Positions 1 to 9,896 of a stretch of DNA of 40,565 nucleotides are shown here, in pieces. A program made the position numbers and the translations under genes. The stretch comes from Bacteroidota bacterium (GTDB lineage Bacteria > Bacteroidota > Bacteroidia > Bacteroidales > JAADGE01). The stretch covers positions 1 through 40,565 of the forward strand of contig JAYEIA010000053.1 in the NCBI GenBank assembly GCA_034659855.1, given 5' to 3'. Positions within the stretch are counted from its first letter, which is position 1; every line of letters begins with the position of its first letter. A model generated the notes under the pieces. The model saw nothing but the letters and a program-made list of their open reading frames with translations. It was not told where the DNA came from and made no database searches.

Positions 1-201
1 CCGGGTGTTCCGACGGCATCGTATTTAAAAGATTTTTTTTCCGCTTCATCGCAAGAAAATAGTAATAAGCCAATAGCTGCAAGGAACAAAATTAGATGAT
101 ATTTCATGGTTATTTTTTTGCTAAAATTAAAAAAGAAACTCGAATACTGTTTGTATAAAGCGAGTTTCTTTTCGGAATATTGTTATTTTCGGGTGCTTTC
201 T

Positions 202-1524
202 TTAAAAGAAATTATTTACAATATCATTTTTAAGGGCAAAAATCATCAACCCGATAAGTAGTACAAAGCCTACAATTTGAGCTACTTCCAGAAATTTATC
301 TCCCGGCTTTCGTCCGGTAATCATTTCGTATAACACAAACATGACGTGCCCGCCGTCGAGTGCCGGAATGGGCAAGATATTTACAACGCCCAGAATAATT
401 GACAAAAAGGCGGTGAGTGACCAGAAACTGTGCCAATCCCAAAGTTTAGGGAATAAGTTTCCGATGGTAATAAAACTGCCTAAAGATTTGTATGCTTTTG
501 TTTCCGGATTAAAAATAAGTTTGAATTGTTTGAGATAGTTTTTCGTTTGGTCAATCCCTTTTTTTAGTCCGGCCGGTACCGATTCAGCTAATGAATAATC
601 TTTGTGAGCAATCGTGAATTGGTTTCCTGATATTGTTATAATTCCAATTTTACCGTCCTCGTCTGTTTCCAACTGAATATCTAATGTATCGCGGTTTCGA
701 AGTATTTTGGCTGTAAATTCAGTAGCCGGATTACCGGTGAATTTTTTTACATATTGGTCATAAAATTCTAATTCTTCACTATCTAACCCGATGAATTGAT
801 CCCCCTTCAGAATCCCTGCTTTCTCAGCATTTGACTTGGGCAATATGGTATCAGCCGTAAATTTAAAGCGTGGTGATATGAGCTTGCTTTTTCCGTTTGT
901 GCTAATGATTTTGGCCACATGATCTTCGTTAATAGTAACTGTCTTTATCGTTCCGTTGCGCTCCAATTCAACTCTCGCCGGCGTATTCAGTATTATCTCC
1001 GGTATAATTTGAGTAAAACGATCAGGCGTATTATCATTAATTTTAAGGATTTTATCCCCATCCATAAATCCCAATTCATAGGCAACAGAGTCACCGGCAA
1101 TGCCGTATTTTGCATTTTCCACAGGCAAATAATCATCGCCCCACGCAAAAAGAATAGCAACATAAATGAGTCCGGCCAAAATAAAATTTACCATTACACC
1201 GCCAAGCATAATCAGTAGGCGTTGCCAGGCCGGTTTTGAACGAAATTCCCACGGTTGAGGCGGTTTTTTCATTTGTTCTTTATCCATGGATTCATCAATC
1301 ATACCGGCAATTTTTACATAACCGCCGAGGGGTATCCAACCTATTCCGTATTCAGTATCTCCTTTTTTGAATTTAAAAAGGGAAAACCATGCATCAAAGA
1401 AAAGATAGAATTTTTCAACTTTTGTTTTGAACAATTTTGCGAAAGCAAAGTGTCCAAACTCATGAAAAATTACTAATATGGATAAACTTAGTATAAGTTG
1501 TGCTATTTGTATTAAAACGTCCAT
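202..1524 (-). CDS. rseP: RIP (site-2) zinc metalloprotease RseP, M50 family with PDZ domain
   Basis: 440 aa. An N-terminal TM helix is followed by an HEFGHFxxAK zinc-binding motif. A central PDZ-like region and a C-terminal LDGG motif within TM helices are typical of RseP/S2P. It lies downstream of dxr, as in many bacteria. Confidence 0.88.
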   Translation of the reverse strand: MDVLIQIAQLILSLSILVIFHEFGHFAFAKLFKTKVEKFYLFFDAWFSLFKFKKGDTEYGIGWIPLGGYVKIAGMIDESMDKEQMKKPPQPWEFRSKPAWQRLLIMLGGVMVNFILAGLIYVAILFAWGDDYLPVENAKYGIAGDSVAYELGFMDGDKILKINDNTPDRFTQIIPEIILNTPARVELERNGTIKTVTINEDHVAKIISTNGKSKLISPRFKFTADTILPKSNAEKAGILKGDQFIGLDSEELEFYDQYVKKFTGNPATEFTAKILRNRDTLDIQLETDEDGKIGIITISGNQFTIAHKDYSLAESVPAGLKKGIDQTKNYLKQFKLIFNPETKAYKSLGSFITIGNLFPKLWDWHSFWSLTAFLSIILGVVNILPIPALDGGHVMFVLYEMITGRKPGDKFLEVAQIVGFVLLIGLMIFALKNDIVNNFF

Positions 1525-1648
1525 TATCTATTGTATTCTGTTTAAAATTTGAGTGTGCAAAATTATGAAATTATTTTAGTTTGAGAAATTTGATTTCACC
1601 GATGACCGGCGTGATTATAATTTTATCAAAAGTGTATTTTTGTGGATA

Positions 1649-2803
1649 TTATAAAGTACCGATTATTTTTTGTGCCTCCCTGTATGCCGCCTTGTGACAA
1701 TCAATGAGATTTTCTATAGTCGGGTTTTTGATGTACCGGGCGTTTGATACGGTTAATTCAGTAATATTTGCCAAGTCTGAGAATTTGATATTGTCATTCA
1801 GAAATGCTTCCACAACAGCTTCGTTGGCGGCATTCATTACACAGGGGATATTTCCGCCTTCATTCATGGCATAAAATGCAGTTTTCAGATTTTTAAATTT
1901 ATTAAAATCAGGTGGTTGAAAATTTAGTTCCGGATAATCCGTAAAGTCAAATCGCGGGGCTTTATGGGGTATGCGTTCCGGATAGGTAAAAGCATAGAGT
2001 ATAGGTAGTTTCATATCGGGCAAACCCAATTGAGCTTTTAAAGAGCCGTCGGCAAATTGCACCAAAGAATGTACTATTGACTGGGGGTGAACAATTACTT
2101 CGATCTGCTCCGGCTTGAGGTTAAATAACCATTTAGCTTCTATGGCCTCCAGGCCTTTATTCATCATGCTGGCCGAGTCAATCGTAATTTTAGCCCCCAT
2201 GTCCCAGTTGGGGTGTTTTAAAGCCTGTTGCTTGGTGGCCGTATTCATAAATTCAATACTCTTATTTCTGAAGGGCCCGCCGGACGCTGTCAATATTATT
2301 TTCTCCACAGGATTGTCTCCTTCTCCCACTAAGCATTGAAAAATGGCCGAGTGTTCGGAGTCAACCGGGATAATACTGACCTTATGTTTTCGGACTAGCT
2401 TCGAGATTTGATCTCCGGCTATAACCAAAGTTTCCTTATTTGCCAACGCAATGTTCTTGCCTGCTTTTATGGCATTTATGGTGGGAACCAAACCTGAAAA
2501 CCCGACCATGGCTGTTAAAACAATACTTGCTTCGCCGTAGCCGGCAATTTCTTCAATCGCTTTACGACCGGCAAAAACTTTTATCGGCAGGTGACTTAGA
2601 GCTTCAGACACGTTATTGTATTGGTTTTTATCGGCAATGGCCACAAAGTTGGGTTTGAATTCCAGAGCTTGCTGAATGAGTAGATCGGCATTTTTACCGG
2701 CCGTCAGAATTTCAACAGAAAATTTATCGCTGTGGCGGCGTATAATCTCAAGGGCTTGTGTCCCGATGGAACCTGTTGAGCCCAGAATACTGATCTTTTT
2801 CAT
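1649..2803 (-). CDS. dxr: 1-deoxy-D-xylulose 5-phosphate reductoisomerase (MEP pathway)
   Basis: It has the ILGSTGSIG NADPH-binding N-terminus and is conserved along its full length. The track ORF extends to 2869, but the ATG at 2803 (MKKISILGSTGSIG) gives the canonical N-terminus. It does not overlap the upstream M23 gene, whose stop is at 2821. Confidence 0.88.
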   Translation of the reverse strand: MKKISILGSTGSIGTQALEIIRRHSDKFSVEILTAGKNADLLIQQALEFKPNFVAIADKNQYNNVSEALSHLPIKVFAGRKAIEEIAGYGEASIVLTAMVGFSGLVPTINAIKAGKNIALANKETLVIAGDQISKLVRKHKVSIIPVDSEHSAIFQCLVGEGDNPVEKIILTASGGPFRNKSIEFMNTATKQQALKHPNWDMGAKITIDSASMMNKGLEAIEAKWLFNLKPEQIEVIVHPQSIVHSLVQFADGSLKAQLGLPDMKLPILYAFTYPERIPHKAPRFDFTDYPELNFQPPDFNKFKNLKTAFYAMNEGGNIPCVMNAANEAVVEAFLNDNIKFSDLANITELTVSNARYIKNPTIENLIDCHKAAYREAQKIIGTL

Positions 2804-2820
2804 AAATTGAATGTTCTTTT

Positions 2821-3693
2821 TTAGAATGAGATGTAATCTTCCGGATTTACCGGTGTACCGTTCTTCCAAAGTTCAAAGTGAAGGTGTGTTCCTGTGGTGT
2901 TCTCTCCCGAATTTCCGGCAATGGCAATGGATTCGCCTGCCGCAACACGGTCTCCGGTTTTCTTCAACACAGAGGAATTGTGTTTATAGAATGAGACGAT
3001 ATTATTGTCGTGTTGAATGGCAATAACATGGCCGGTTTTGAGACTCCACTCCGTAAAAATAACTGTTCCCGACAGGGTTGCTAATACGGCATTATCCGTT
3101 CCGGGGGTTATATCTACAGCATAATGTCCGTCGTTGCTGTTGAACTTTCTGCTGATTGAGCCTTTGAGCGGTGTGATAAAATGCAGATTTTTGACATTGC
3201 CCTTTTGGCTTGCATTACTTTTAATTTTTGCAAAGGTTTTATTTTCAACATTAGTAATTTGCTCCTGCATAACGGAATCTAAATAGGAGGTAGAAAAATC
3301 CAATTTCTTTTTGGAAATACTGCTGTCATATAGTGTCGCAATTTCTTCTGTTGTATCCTCGGGGATTTTTCCTTGGATAATGTATTTTATTTGTTTGACG
3401 TAATTTTGTTCTTGTTCCAAACTTGCACTTAGAGAGTCTATTACGATTGAGTTCTGTATGATTTGCCGTTGTAAATTGATATTTGAACGTGAAGGGAATA
3501 AAAAGTTTAGCGGGGTGTATATAAAAAGTATACTCATCAGGACAGCGAGGATAATCAATACTGAGATTACTCCCAAGGTTATGCCGGTTTTTGAAAATCG
3601 GTAGCTTGAGATTTGATTCAGTGAAGCATCATCCAGAACCAATAATCTAAATACTTTAGTGCTCGGTTTTTTCTTGTTATTTTTCTTAGCCAT
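2821..3693 (-). CDS. M23 family (LytM-like) peptidoglycan endopeptidase, membrane-anchored
   Basis: 290 aa. An N-terminal basic stretch and TM helix are followed by a coiled-coil-like middle. The C-terminal LytM motifs (HYAVD...GNSGENTTGTHLHFELWKNG) are typical of peptidase M23. Confidence 0.8.
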   Translation of the reverse strand: MAKKNNKKKPSTKVFRLLVLDDASLNQISSYRFSKTGITLGVISVLIILAVLMSILFIYTPLNFLFPSRSNINLQRQIIQNSIVIDSLSASLEQEQNYVKQIKYIIQGKIPEDTTEEIATLYDSSISKKKLDFSTSYLDSVMQEQITNVENKTFAKIKSNASQKGNVKNLHFITPLKGSISRKFNSNDGHYAVDITPGTDNAVLATLSGTVIFTEWSLKTGHVIAIQHDNNIVSFYKHNSSVLKKTGDRVAAGESIAIAGNSGENTTGTHLHFELWKNGTPVNPEDYISF

Positions 3694-3713
3694 TGTATTT
3701 TATATAATTCATG

Positions 3714-3721
3714 CAAATTTA
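3714..3721 (-). promoter_or_regulatory. Candidate Bacteroidetes -7 promoter element (TAaaTTTG on minus strand) for the M23 peptidase gene
   Basis: The plus-strand caaattta reads TAAATTTG on the minus strand, about 20 nt upstream of the ATG at 3693. It matches the Bacteroidetes sigma-A -7 consensus TAnnTTTG. Confidence 0.3.
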
Positions 3722-3924
3722 TATAATTTCCTTGATATGATAAAGGAATGGAAGGTTAATATTTAATAAAATTGAGGGGGTATTTTTTATTTTTATGATA
3801 TGGACGCTAATTTTGGGTGATATTTCAAAGCTATGGCTAAATTCAAAATTTAAGAGAGGTATGAATATTGGAAACTGCTCGAAAGCAAGATATTAAACAA
3901 CTTTGCTGTTTTAACATTTAATTC

Positions 3925-3932
3925 TACTTTTG
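3925..3932 (+). promoter_or_regulatory. Candidate Bacteroidetes -7 promoter element (TActTTTG) with a TTTG -33-like element about 20 bp upstream, for queE
   Basis: tacttttg matches TAnnTTTG. A tttg sits at 3902-3905 and the start codon is at 3982. Confidence 0.35.
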
Positions 3933-3981
3933 TGCTCTTTTGTAAAATAAGTGTACAGAATGCCTTAGGAAAACAACAAAA

Positions 3982-4602
3982 ATGAATAATATATTTAAAG
4001 ACGGAAAAAGACTACCGTTAATTGAAGAGTTTTATACTATACAAGGTGAAGGATATCAAGCCGGTAAAGCGGCCTATTTTATCAGAATAGGGGGGTGTGA
4101 TATTGGTTGTCAGTGGTGTGATACAAAATATTCTTGGCAAGTTGATGTTGATTCTGCTGTAAAAACCTCTGAAATTATGAGCAGAGCATCTGCTGAACCT
4201 GCAAAAGCAATTGTAGTTACCGGAGGAGAGCCTTGTTCTTATAATTTGGATTTCCTGACCCAAACAGCGTATAAAGAAGGTTTAAAAACATTTTTGGAAA
4301 CCTCAGGTTCGTATAAAATTACCGGCAATTGGGATTGGATATGTGTTTCTCCTAAACGACAAAGCCCCCCCTTGTCCGAAAATTATGCCTTGTCTGATGA
4401 ATTGAAGTTTATTATTTATGAAGAGGCCGATTTTGAATGGGCCGAGGCTTGTGCAAAGCATGTTGGCGAAGACTGCAAATTATATCTGCAACCGGAATGG
4501 AGCAGAAGAAAGGAAAATACACCCAAAGTTGTGGAGTATATTAAGCAAAACCCCCAATGGCAGCTTTCCTTGCAATCTCATAAGTTAATAAATATTCCGT
4601 AA
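3982..4602 (+). CDS. queE: 7-carboxy-7-deazaguanine synthase (radical SAM, queuosine biosynthesis)
   Basis: 206 aa. It carries a CDIGCQWCDT (CX3CX2C) radical-SAM cluster motif near the N-terminus. The size and motifs fit the short QueE family. Confidence 0.8.
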   Translation: MNNIFKDGKRLPLIEEFYTIQGEGYQAGKAAYFIRIGGCDIGCQWCDTKYSWQVDVDSAVKTSEIMSRASAEPAKAIVVTGGEPCSYNLDFLTQTAYKEGLKTFLETSGSYKITGNWDWICVSPKRQSPPLSENYALSDELKFIIYEEADFEWAEACAKHVGEDCKLYLQPEWSRRKENTPKVVEYIKQNPQWQLSLQSHKLINIP

Positions 4603-4606
4603 AAAG

Positions 4607-4632
4607 AAATCCCGGGGTGAGCGGGATTTTTT
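4607..4632 (+). terminator. Rho-independent terminator after queE
   Basis: The stem aaatcccg / cgggattt flanks a GGGTGAG loop and is followed by a T-run. It lies 5 nt after the queE stop. Confidence 0.6.
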
Positions 4633-4880
4633 GAAACCGACCTAAATTGAGCGATTATGAATAAAGAGAAGTGCCAATATTTTGAGAACAAAAGCTTTAC
4701 AAAAAAATTAAGTGCATTCAATTGGGACATAATGTTTTTTTTGTAATGTCTTTTCGCTCAAGGGCGAAGCCCTCATAAACACCTTATTAAATTATTTTAA
4801 AATTAGTGAATAAAAGATTGCTGCTTATCGAAGTTCATAATCGCTCATTTTAGATCTGAACTGTATTTACAGGAGGTGTT

Positions 4881-5837
4881 TTATTTTTCCTCAAAAACTC
4901 CCATCTCATTAAACTTGTTTATACGATCATTTATTAGTTTGTCTTTTGGGGTTTTCATCAATGTTTTAATTTCCGAGGCCAATTCTTTTTTTACGGTACG
5001 GAATGTTTCTTCCGGATTAGTATGAGCTCCGCCAATAGGCTCTTTAATAATTTTGTCAATAAGTTTTTGTTTAAGCATATCTACGGCAGTTAATTTTAAT
5101 GCCTCCGCAGCTTCCTTTTTATGATCCCAATTGTGCCATAAAATAGAAGAACAAGATTCCGGAGAAATTACGGAATACCAAGTATTTTCGAGCATGAGAA
5201 CCCGGTCGCCGACTCCGATACCTAAGGCACCTCCTGATGCACCTTCGCCGATTATAACTACAATTATCGGGACTTTTATTCGAAACATTTCAAAAATATT
5301 TCTTGCAATGGCTTCGCCTTGTCCCCGTTCTTCGGCTCCCATACCGGGATAGGCTCCCGGAGTATCGAGCAATGCGACTATCGGGCGATTAAATTTTTCG
5401 GCCAGATGCATAAGTCGCAAGGCTTTTCTGTAACCTTCAGGATTTGACATACCGAAGTTTCGATAGGCACGCATTTTTGTGTTTTCGCCTTTTTGTTGGC
5501 CTATGAACATTACCGTTTGTTCTCCAATGGTTCCGAATCCGCCCACCATAGCTTTGTCATCTGCTTCTCTTCGGTCTCCGTGAAGTTCCATAAAGTCTCC
5601 GTCAGTTATTGCATTGATGTAATTGAGTGTATAAGGTCGATCAGGATGTCGAGAGACTTGTACGCGCTGCCATGAAGATAAATTGGAATATATTTCTTTG
5701 CGTTTGGCTTCAATGACTTTCTCTAACTCGTTTACAGTTTGAGTAACATTGACTCCGGACTCCTCTCCAATAGCTTTTGCTCTGCTAAGTTGTTCTTCCA
5801 GTTTTTGTATGGGTTCTTCAAAATCAAGATAGTTCAT
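4881..5837 (-). CDS. accA: Acetyl-CoA carboxylase carboxyltransferase subunit alpha
   Basis: 318 aa. Full-length similarity to AccA includes the [11 protein letters not shown]-terminus, an RHPDRP motif, and the GG/AGG carboxyltransferase motifs. Confidence 0.88.
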   Translation of the reverse strand: MNYLDFEEPIQKLEEQLSRAKAIGEESGVNVTQTVNELEKVIEAKRKEIYSNLSSWQRVQVSRHPDRPYTLNYINAITDGDFMELHGDRREADDKAMVGGFGTIGEQTVMFIGQQKGENTKMRAYRNFGMSNPEGYRKALRLMHLAEKFNRPIVALLDTPGAYPGMGAEERGQGEAIARNIFEMFRIKVPIIVVIIGEGASGGALGIGVGDRVLMLENTWYSVISPESCSSILWHNWDHKKEAAEALKLTAVDMLKQKLIDKIIKEPIGGAHTNPEETFRTVKKELASEIKTLMKTPKDKLINDRINKFNEMGVFEEK

Positions 5838-5935
5838 ATATTTTTATTATGTATTTTTATTATGGAATATTCTCAGCTACAAATATTAGAAAAATTATAG
5901 AATTTTCGGTATGTTTGACAAAAATAATTTTCAAA

Positions 5936-6757
5936 ATGGTTTGTTTTCCTCACGCAAAGATTAATCTTGGGTTGTATATTACGGAGAAACGAAAAGATGG
6001 ATTTCATAATATTGAAACGGTCTTTTATCCTATTCCTGTTTATGATGTATTGGAAATAAATCGGTCAGATTCTGTTTCAGGAATTGAATTGACCGCCTAT
6101 GGGCTGAAAATTGACGGCAGACCGGAGGATAACTTGGTGGTTAAGGCCTATAATCTGTTGAGCCGCGATTTTGATTTGGGAGGAGTTGAGGTCGCTTTGT
6201 TTAAGCATATTCCCTTTGGTGCAGGTTTGGGTGGCGGTTCTTCTGATGCTGCTTTTATGCTGAAATTACTAAATCAGGAATTTGACCTACAACTTAGTGA
6301 TACGGATTTGGAGCATTATGCCGCCCAATTGGGCAGTGATTGTGCATTTTTTATAAAAAGCCGGCCGGTATATGCTACCGGACGAGGCAATCTGTTTTCT
6401 GCCGTAGATTTGGATTTGTCTGCCTATTTTTTAATATTGGTTCTCCCTACCGGAAAAGTCTCCACGCCCGATGCTTATGCCGGGGTAAGCCCTTCTCCGA
6501 GTAAGGATTCTTTGCCCGATTTATTGAGTAAAGATATTAACCTGTGGAGTAAATCTGTGAAAAACGATTTCGAAGAATCAATTGTTAAAACAATTCCCGA
6601 AATCAGGACTATAAAACGTAAGATGTATGCCCACGGAGCGATGTATGCTTCAATGTCCGGCAGTGGTTCGTCGGTTTACGGAATTTTTAAGGAAAAGCCG
6701 GAGCCGGCTTTATTTGAAAATTACCGGTTTTATAAAGTTACCGGATTGGGAGTTTGA
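5936..6757 (+). CDS. ispE: 4-diphosphocytidyl-2-C-methyl-D-erythritol kinase (MEP pathway)
   Basis: It belongs to the GHMP kinase family. It has the N-terminal motif PHAKINLGLYI and the ATP-binding loop PFGAGLGGGSSDAA. The track ORF starts at 5849, but the ATG at 5936 (MVCFPHAKINLGL) is the canonical start. Confidence 0.85.
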   Translation: MVCFPHAKINLGLYITEKRKDGFHNIETVFYPIPVYDVLEINRSDSVSGIELTAYGLKIDGRPEDNLVVKAYNLLSRDFDLGGVEVALFKHIPFGAGLGGGSSDAAFMLKLLNQEFDLQLSDTDLEHYAAQLGSDCAFFIKSRPVYATGRGNLFSAVDLDLSAYFLILVLPTGKVSTPDAYAGVSPSPSKDSLPDLLSKDINLWSKSVKNDFEESIVKTIPEIRTIKRKMYAHGAMYASMSGSGSSVYGIFKEKPEPALFENYRFYKVTGLGV

Positions 6758-7075
6758 ATGGGAGGTTTATTTATTCTGACTTTATATCTATGAGTCCACT
6801 CCGAAAACACCGTTTTTGGAAAATCTTGTAAATACAAAAACAGTATTGTGCTAATAATAAGAACTTTATGATTTAACAAAAACATGTAAATCTTGTCAAT
6901 CCTGTCAAAAAAGACTTTTCGGAGTACACTCATCTATTGGATCTTTCGCTTTTTTGTATATTATAATTCCAAATCGGGGAAGTTTGTCTTGTTGAATATT
7001 ACGGCCTCGAAATCTAACCAATCTTAAATTTTAGTCTCTTCAGTAATTTATACTGCGTACTATTTTATTCTGAGT

Positions 7076-7909
7076 TTAGTCTTCAAAAAACAAAATAGAA
7101 GCATACCCTACGACACTGTCCGATTTTTTCACTTCCCCCGAATGACCGTAGCGTAATAATTTGGCTTTACTTTTAAAATTGACATAGTTTGAATACTCAA
7201 TGAGAGCCGTTGCCGGACCGTAGCCACACATACTGATATCATACTTTTTGACTGTTTCAATCAGTCCTCGGCTGTCTTTTTTCAGTATGGCATCTATGGC
7301 TCTTTGGTCATTCCTTTGAGCTTTCTGTGGAGTAACGTGGTGAGAGAAATCAGTGGAAGCAATAAACATTATTTTCTTGTTTTGTGCTTCAGCCGATTTA
7401 TAGATATTACGAGCAATTGCTTTTCCGTTCAGATAATTTTGATTACCCATGGAAACCGGTAAAATTTTAAAATCAAAGTCGGTAAAATACGTCATCATCG
7501 GAAGAATGACTTCTGCAGCGTGTTCAAATTGGTGTGCTTCTTGAGATCGCGGGAGCCCTGTTGCTTCTGCAAAATCCGAATCCACTTCGATATCCCCGAA
7601 AGGCGTTTCCCACTTATCGGCAAGATCCAAACCAATTTCTTTTCCGCGTCCGGTATGATTTGGATTTATTATAACCAGTGTATCAAATTTTTGCTGAGAC
7701 AATCGCAGAATCTCAAAAAAGTGAACCGACTGATAGGCAGAATATGTATAGCCGGCATGAGGTAATACAGCACCGAGTATTGATTTTTCCGATAAATCGG
7801 TATTAATCGTTTTGAGTTCTGATTCTGTAATTTTTTTGAGGAGTTTTTTTATTTCTTCCGGATCTGACGGATAAAATGATCCGGCAACGACTGGTTTTCT
7901 TTTTATCAT
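7076..7909 (-). CDS. AmmeMemoRadiSam system protein B (MEMO1 family)
   Basis: 277 aa. The N-terminus RKPVVAGSFYPSDPEE and the histidine-containing motifs (LPHAGYTYS, DFSHH) are characteristic of Memo-like proteins. It is the last gene of the AMMECR1 - radical SAM - Memo triad. Confidence 0.8.
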   Translation of the reverse strand: MIKRKPVVAGSFYPSDPEEIKKLLKKITESELKTINTDLSEKSILGAVLPHAGYTYSAYQSVHFFEILRLSQQKFDTLVIINPNHTGRGKEIGLDLADKWETPFGDIEVDSDFAEATGLPRSQEAHQFEHAAEVILPMMTYFTDFDFKILPVSMGNQNYLNGKAIARNIYKSAEAQNKKIMFIASTDFSHHVTPQKAQRNDQRAIDAILKKDSRGLIETVKKYDISMCGYGPATALIEYSNYVNFKSKAKLLRYGHSGEVKKSDSVVGYASILFFED

Positions 7910-7921
7910 AATATAATCTGA

Positions 7922-8956
7922 TTAATTTAGATGAACTGTATGACCACACTTAGGACACTTTCCCTCCGGATTCACAAACAGCTGAGTTTGATAAGCATTT
8001 CTTTTGATTAATTTTGTTTTGCATTCAGGACAAAAAGTATCCTTACCAAAATCGGAATTGATGTTTCCAACGTACACAAAGTTAATAAATTTTTGTGCTT
8101 CTTCAAAAAATCTTTTCAAAGTGGCTACCGGTGTTGGGCTTTCCTGTGATTTGAAGGAGGGGAAATAGCGTGATAAGTGAATAACTGTATTTTGTCCGGT
8201 ATGGTCTTTCACGAATTTTAATAATTCTCTGAACCGGTTTAAATCATCATTCAAATTCGGAATAATGAGGAATGTAATTTCCAAATGTTTGTTGAGACTT
8301 GAAATATACTTTATGGTTTCTTTTACCGGTTTTAATGTTCCGCCTGCCTGTTCTTTATAAAACTTATTATCGAAAGCTTTCAAGTCAATATTAAAAGCAT
8401 CAATATTGGGAAACAATCGTTTCGCCGGTTCTTTATTGATAAACCCGTTAGATACCAGAACATTTTTTAATCCGACCTTTTGTGCAATTATGCTTGTTTC
8501 CAAAACATATTCGTACCAAATTGTCGGCTCGTTATAAGTATAGGCAATTCCGATATTATCCGGAATTGATTGAGCCTTTTTTACCAAATCCTGCGGGCTG
8601 AGTTTAAAAGTCGTTGTTAAATCTTCGCCTGAGGATTGTGAAATGCTGTGATTTTGACAAAAATTACAATGCAAATTACAACCAAAAGTTCCTGCCGATA
8701 AAATTTTGCTTCCCGGTTTGAAATGGTAGAGCGGTTTTTTCTCAATGGGGTCGGCATGTAATGCTGTGAGTATCGAGTAATTTTTACTGAATAATTCTCC
8801 TTTTTTATTTTCTCGGACATGGCAATCTCCGATTTCTCCGGGTTTTAGGATACAAAAATGCGGGCATAGAGTACATTGGACTTTTTTTTTGGGTAGTTTG
8901 TATTGAAATTGTGCTTTCATTTTATCGGTTAATATTTTTGAGTAGTAAAACGCCAC
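7922..8956 (-). CDS. AmmeMemoRadiSam system radical SAM enzyme
   Basis: 344 aa. An N-terminal cysteine cluster (CTLCPHFC...C) is followed by a canonical CX3CX2C radical-SAM motif (GCNLHCNFC). It resembles the PflA-like radical SAM of the AmmeMemoRadiSam system. It overlaps the upstream AMMECR1 gene by 28 bp, so an alternative start at 8920 is possible. Confidence 0.78.
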   Translation of the reverse strand: MAFYYSKILTDKMKAQFQYKLPKKKVQCTLCPHFCILKPGEIGDCHVRENKKGELFSKNYSILTALHADPIEKKPLYHFKPGSKILSAGTFGCNLHCNFCQNHSISQSSGEDLTTTFKLSPQDLVKKAQSIPDNIGIAYTYNEPTIWYEYVLETSIIAQKVGLKNVLVSNGFINKEPAKRLFPNIDAFNIDLKAFDNKFYKEQAGGTLKPVKETIKYISSLNKHLEITFLIIPNLNDDLNRFRELLKFVKDHTGQNTVIHLSRYFPSFKSQESPTPVATLKRFFEEAQKFINFVYVGNINSDFGKDTFCPECKTKLIKRNAYQTQLFVNPEGKCPKCGHTVHLN

Positions 8957-9453
8957 ATGTTGAGTTCATCAATACTCTTATTTTTTATCCCGGCCTTTTT
9001 CTTTACAATTTTTATTTGTTCATCAATGGTTTCAATGCCGGAGATATTCGGTAACAGAACCCCGCGTTGCTTCGTTATTCTATCTTCAAGGATGAGTCCG
9101 AATTTATGTGGATCAAGGGCAGAAGTTTGCGAAATTCTTTCGGGCGTATCCAAAATCTCAATTGAAAAGGTTAGTTTATCTAATTCGCTCAATGTTACCG
9201 GAGCAAATCTATAGTCTCGAGATGCTGCGGAAACCGTATTACGTATAATTTCGAGAGACAGGTTTTTGTAGGTTGGTTTGAGAGTTCCTATACATCCTCT
9301 AAGCTCCTTGTTGTCTTTTTTCAGCGTAACAAAGCAAGCCTTTTTATCTTGAATCCGGTTCGAAAATTTCTTTTCGGCTTTGACAGTCTGTCCGGTTCCT
9401 ATAAATTCATTTAACGTGTATGCAACTATTTCTCTGAATAATTTGTTGTTCAT
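8929..9453 (-). CDS. AmmeMemoRadiSam system protein A (AMMECR1 domain)
   Basis: 174 aa. The AMMECR1-domain hallmarks are present (ACFVTL...ELRGCIGT), and it is the first gene of the triad. Confidence 0.75.
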   Translation of the reverse strand: MNNKLFREIVAYTLNEFIGTGQTVKAEKKFSNRIQDKKACFVTLKKDNKELRGCIGTLKPTYKNLSLEIIRNTVSAASRDYRFAPVTLSELDKLTFSIEILDTPERISQTSALDPHKFGLILEDRITKQRGVLLPNISGIETIDEQIKIVKKKAGIKNKSIDELNMWRFTTQKY

Positions 9454-9672
9454 GTGTAAACGGAGTTATTAAAATGCAAAATGGCTTAGTTATTGTCGAC
9501 AGTCATCTAATGAAATGTTAATTTCATCAATAAATATAAAAAAAATATATTAAAGTTTACGAAAGATATAATAAATTCCTTTTATTTGCATTATAGTTGT
9601 ACTGTGGATTTGAATTTAACTTTATAAATCTGCTTTTTAAACTAAGAGTATTATTGAAAATAAGATCAATAT

Positions 9673-9876
9673 ATGAGACGAAAAATACTATCAGCGTTGT
9701 TTGTTTTTTTATTTATGGCTTTGCCTGCACTTATATATACTGCAGCCGCTCAGCCTCCGCCGCCACCACCCGAACCCATACCGTTGGATGGCGGTTTAAG
9801 TGCACTTATTGTAGCCGGCTTGGCCTATGGTGCCAGAAGACTTTATAAACAGCAGAAAAAAGACGACTCGGTCTAA
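9673..9876 (+). CDS. Small secreted or anchored protein with a signal peptide, a PPPPPP run and a PEP-CTERM / GlyGly-CTERM-like C-terminus
   Basis: 67 aa. The signal peptide MRRKILSALFVFLFMALPALIYTAAA is followed by QPPPPPPEPIPLDGG, a hydrophobic helix LSALIVAGLAYGA and a basic tail RRLYKQQKKDD. A terminator hairpin lies immediately downstream. The overlapping 9597..9848 ORF is in another frame and lacks these features. Confidence 0.5.
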   Translation: MRRKILSALFVFLFMALPALIYTAAAQPPPPPPEPIPLDGGLSALIVAGLAYGARRLYKQQKKDDSV

Positions 9877-9896
9877 TTTTAAAAACTTTAAGTAAT

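Noticed and set aside
1649-2869. The track ORF gives dxr an extra 22 N-terminal residues (MEERYTGKSGRL...) that would overlap the M23 peptidase gene.
   Set aside because: The internal ATG at 2803 yields the canonical MKKISILGSTGSIG N-terminus and removes the overlap, so the extension is taken as non-coding.
5849-5935. An N-terminal extension of ispE (MYFYYGIFSATNIRKIIEFSVCLTKIIFK).
   Set aside because: It is hydrophobic with no similarity to the IspE N-terminus. The canonical start MVCFPHAKINLGL is at 5936.
6730-6933. A 67-aa minus-strand ORF that overlaps the ispE 3' end and the convergent intergenic region.
   Set aside because: It overlaps a well-supported gene and its composition is typical of a random AT-rich ORF. 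The region is interpreted as terminator or structured RNA instead.
9597-9848. An alternative 83-aa ORF that overlaps the 67-aa sorting-signal mini-protein in another frame.
   Set aside because: It has no signal peptide or motif, is Cys/Tyr-rich and low-complexity, and has no terminator logic of its own. It is retained only as the alternative in the finding.
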